Below, one piece after another: positions 62,096-64,000 of a stretch of DNA of 64,000 bases. The DNA comes from Squalus acanthias (Eukaryota): the NCBI GenBank assembly GCA_030390025.1, contig CM059431.1:116438001-116502000 (forward strand). Reading direction: 5' to 3'. The notes under the pieces were generated by a model, which worked only from the letters and a program-made list of their open reading frames with translations, was not told the origin of the DNA and ran no database searches. The stretch's first letter is position 1. Every line of letters begins with the position of its first letter. Made by a program: the position numbers and the translations under genes.

Positions 62096-63490
62096 TGTAA
62101 AGGAATAGCCATATTTCAAAAAAATACACCATCCTATAAAAGATTTCTGATTAAAACATGACATACTGGGTTTGAAAATCTAAAAGCCTCATTGACACAA
62201 AGCTGTAAACAGCATACAAGCTCTTGAGATAAGAATCAGTTGTTGACACTGAAACAATAGCCCTATTGAGCAGCAGGTTGGAGCTTCCAGAAAGTCTGAA
62301 GTTTTGGAAAGAGCACAATGGTATAATGTTGAGGTGTCATAAACCAACACTTCGGGAAATAGAAACACAGAACATTAAAGAAACATATGCCTTCATAAAT
62401 ATGACATCAAATGAAAGACAGGAGACATAATTCTTAATACAACCAACTGAGGTGTCTAGGGGGACAATGGTGCATCTGGTTGAAGTGTTTTTAATTTACA
62501 TGTTGTAAAAAGATACAAACAGAAGACTTTCATCAATATGACATCAATAGATGCACCAAGCAATCACATTGTTTATGTGTTGAACTTGGAACACCTAGGA
62601 GACATGAAGTCTGTAATACAACCAGCTGAGGTGACTTAAGAATTGAATAGAAGACCTTGCTAAGAATGGCATCAAATAGATACATCTGCTCCATATTGTT
62701 TTTATGATAAGTGTTGAACATCTAAAGGAGGAGACACAATTCTGAATGCTACAAGCTGAACTAATTGTAAGAATAGCAGCGGTCAACAGAAAGATGACTA
62801 AAGATAATTAGCTTACATCAGCAGAAAACTTCAAAGGATATACCCCTGAAAAAAGGGTATAAAATATAGAATTTTCAAACAGGAAGACAGAATCGCTGGA
62901 AGGGGCAGAGCGATTCGTAGCTTCAGAGACAGGCTCTGTAAGCCTACAAATCTTTGAGTCTCGGGTAATCAAAGGTATTTGATTTTGGTGGATATCCTGG
63001 AATAAGAATAAGTAAGAAATGTAAAAATGTAATGAAGTTAAGATTTGAGAATAAGGATCTCTGAGAATAAGAATTGTAAGCTATTTGTTTTTAGAACTAT
63101 TAATGTTGCGATTGAATCACCAACTGTATACTGCATGTCGGTTCTTTAATAAATCTATATATTTTTAGAATTATCTCACATAGTATTTCTGTATCAAATT
63201 CGCAAACTCAATCTCTTTGGTGAGGAGTTGCAGAATTCTGGGGGAGTTTTCCGGACCCTCATAATATCCGGAAGGTTATAGTCTAGTTAAACTTATTAAA
63301 AGTGCTATCTGGAGGACGGTAACATCTTCAGGTCGTTCCTTTCTTTAGGGAGAGATAGTCTGGACCTTTAGACCCAATTAAGCGTCTCTAGGATTTGGCT
63401 ACCTCTAACTTTAGTTGAAGGTGAACTTCTGGGGAATACGCCTGATCCGGGGTGGCCCGAAAAGGGCTAGGACTAGTAATTATCCCTTCA
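62096..63490 (+). promoter_or_regulatory. 3' LTR, 1395 bp, with U3 direct repeats, TATA box and poly(A) signal
   Basis: TGTAA...CTTCA; repeats aggagaca..(t)aatacaacca.ctgaggtg at ~62420, ~62597 and ~62729; TATAAAA ~62858; AATAAA 63148-63153. Confidence 0.85.
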
Positions 63491-64000
63491 CCAGGATGTT
63501 GATGGTGGGGGATTCGACGATGGTAATGCCATTGAATGTCAAGGGGTGGTAGTTAGACTCTCTCTTGTTGGAGATGGTCATTGCCTGGCACTTGTGTGGC
63601 ACGAATGTTACTTGCCACTTATCAGCCCAAGGCTGCATGTTGTCCAGTCTTGCTGCATGCGGGATCACGCATGAAGAATGGCCAATTGGGTGTGGTACCA
63701 GAGGATCTGTCAGTTTCCATGGAGACTTACCGAGCACAAGTCCGAGACTTCAGGGACGAAGGAAGAAAAAGGAAGATTAAAAAAACCATAATCCATACAA
63801 ATAGATGTTTTCTTCAGTACTCTAATTTCTTATGGTCCTCCAGTATTTTACATATCATTTGTTTTGTTTAATTTGTTCTCCGGATGTGGGCAACACTGGC
63901 AAGGCCACATTTATTGCCCATCCCTAGTTTTCATGGGAATGTGATGGTAGATCTTCTTTTTGGCTGGTAGCAAGAGATCATAAGAGTCAACTACTAAAGA

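Larger units (their letters stand above)
56768..63490 (+). mobile_element. Endogenous foamy-virus-like (spumaretroviral) provirus, internally deleted
   Basis: TG...CA ends; exact TSD CCAG (56764-56767, 63491-63494); LTR start duplicated at 56768 and 62096; order gag-PR-RH-IN; foamy-like Pol motifs. Confidence 0.9.
55195..63660 (-). mobile_element. CR1-group LINE of a second family, 3' part, split by a MITE and the provirus
   Basis: WADKWQVTFVPHKCQAMTIS...TINIL|...LSTIYKAQVRSVMEYCPLVWMSAAPTTLRKLDTIQDKA; rejoins as gatgacccccaggatgttgat across the provirus. Confidence 0.85.

Overview
Repeat-dominated eukaryotic DNA, most likely intergenic or intronic sequence from a cartilaginous fish (inferred from the CR1, L2, Deu-domain SINE and Penelope-end repertoire). 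I recognise no host protein-coding gene; almost all long ORFs come from transposons or low-complexity sequence. Main contents: (1) A decayed provirus of a foamy-virus-like (spumaretroviral) endogenous retrovirus at 56768-63490. It has a 4-bp TSD (CCAG), a ~1.4-kb 3' LTR, a truncated 5' LTR, and foamy-like protease, RNase H and integrase; the RT core and most of env are deleted, and a young CR1 sits inside. (2) A second, unrelated env-bearing retroelement remnant on the minus strand (~36250-41440), with coiled-coil Gag, integrase and a class-I fusion protein, resembling lokiretroviruses. (3) Two related ~1.6-kb solo LTRs with 4-bp TSDs. (4) A full-length two-gene PIF/Harbinger transposon (2247-6416), several remnants and many MITEs with varied 3-bp TSDs. 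(5) A Penelope-like terminus carrying a minimal hammerhead ribozyme. (6) Many nested CR1, L2, RTE and Tx1 LINEs, SINEs and minisatellites. Family assignments rest on motif recognition from memory; no database searches were run. Boundaries not fixed by a TSD or TIR are approximate.
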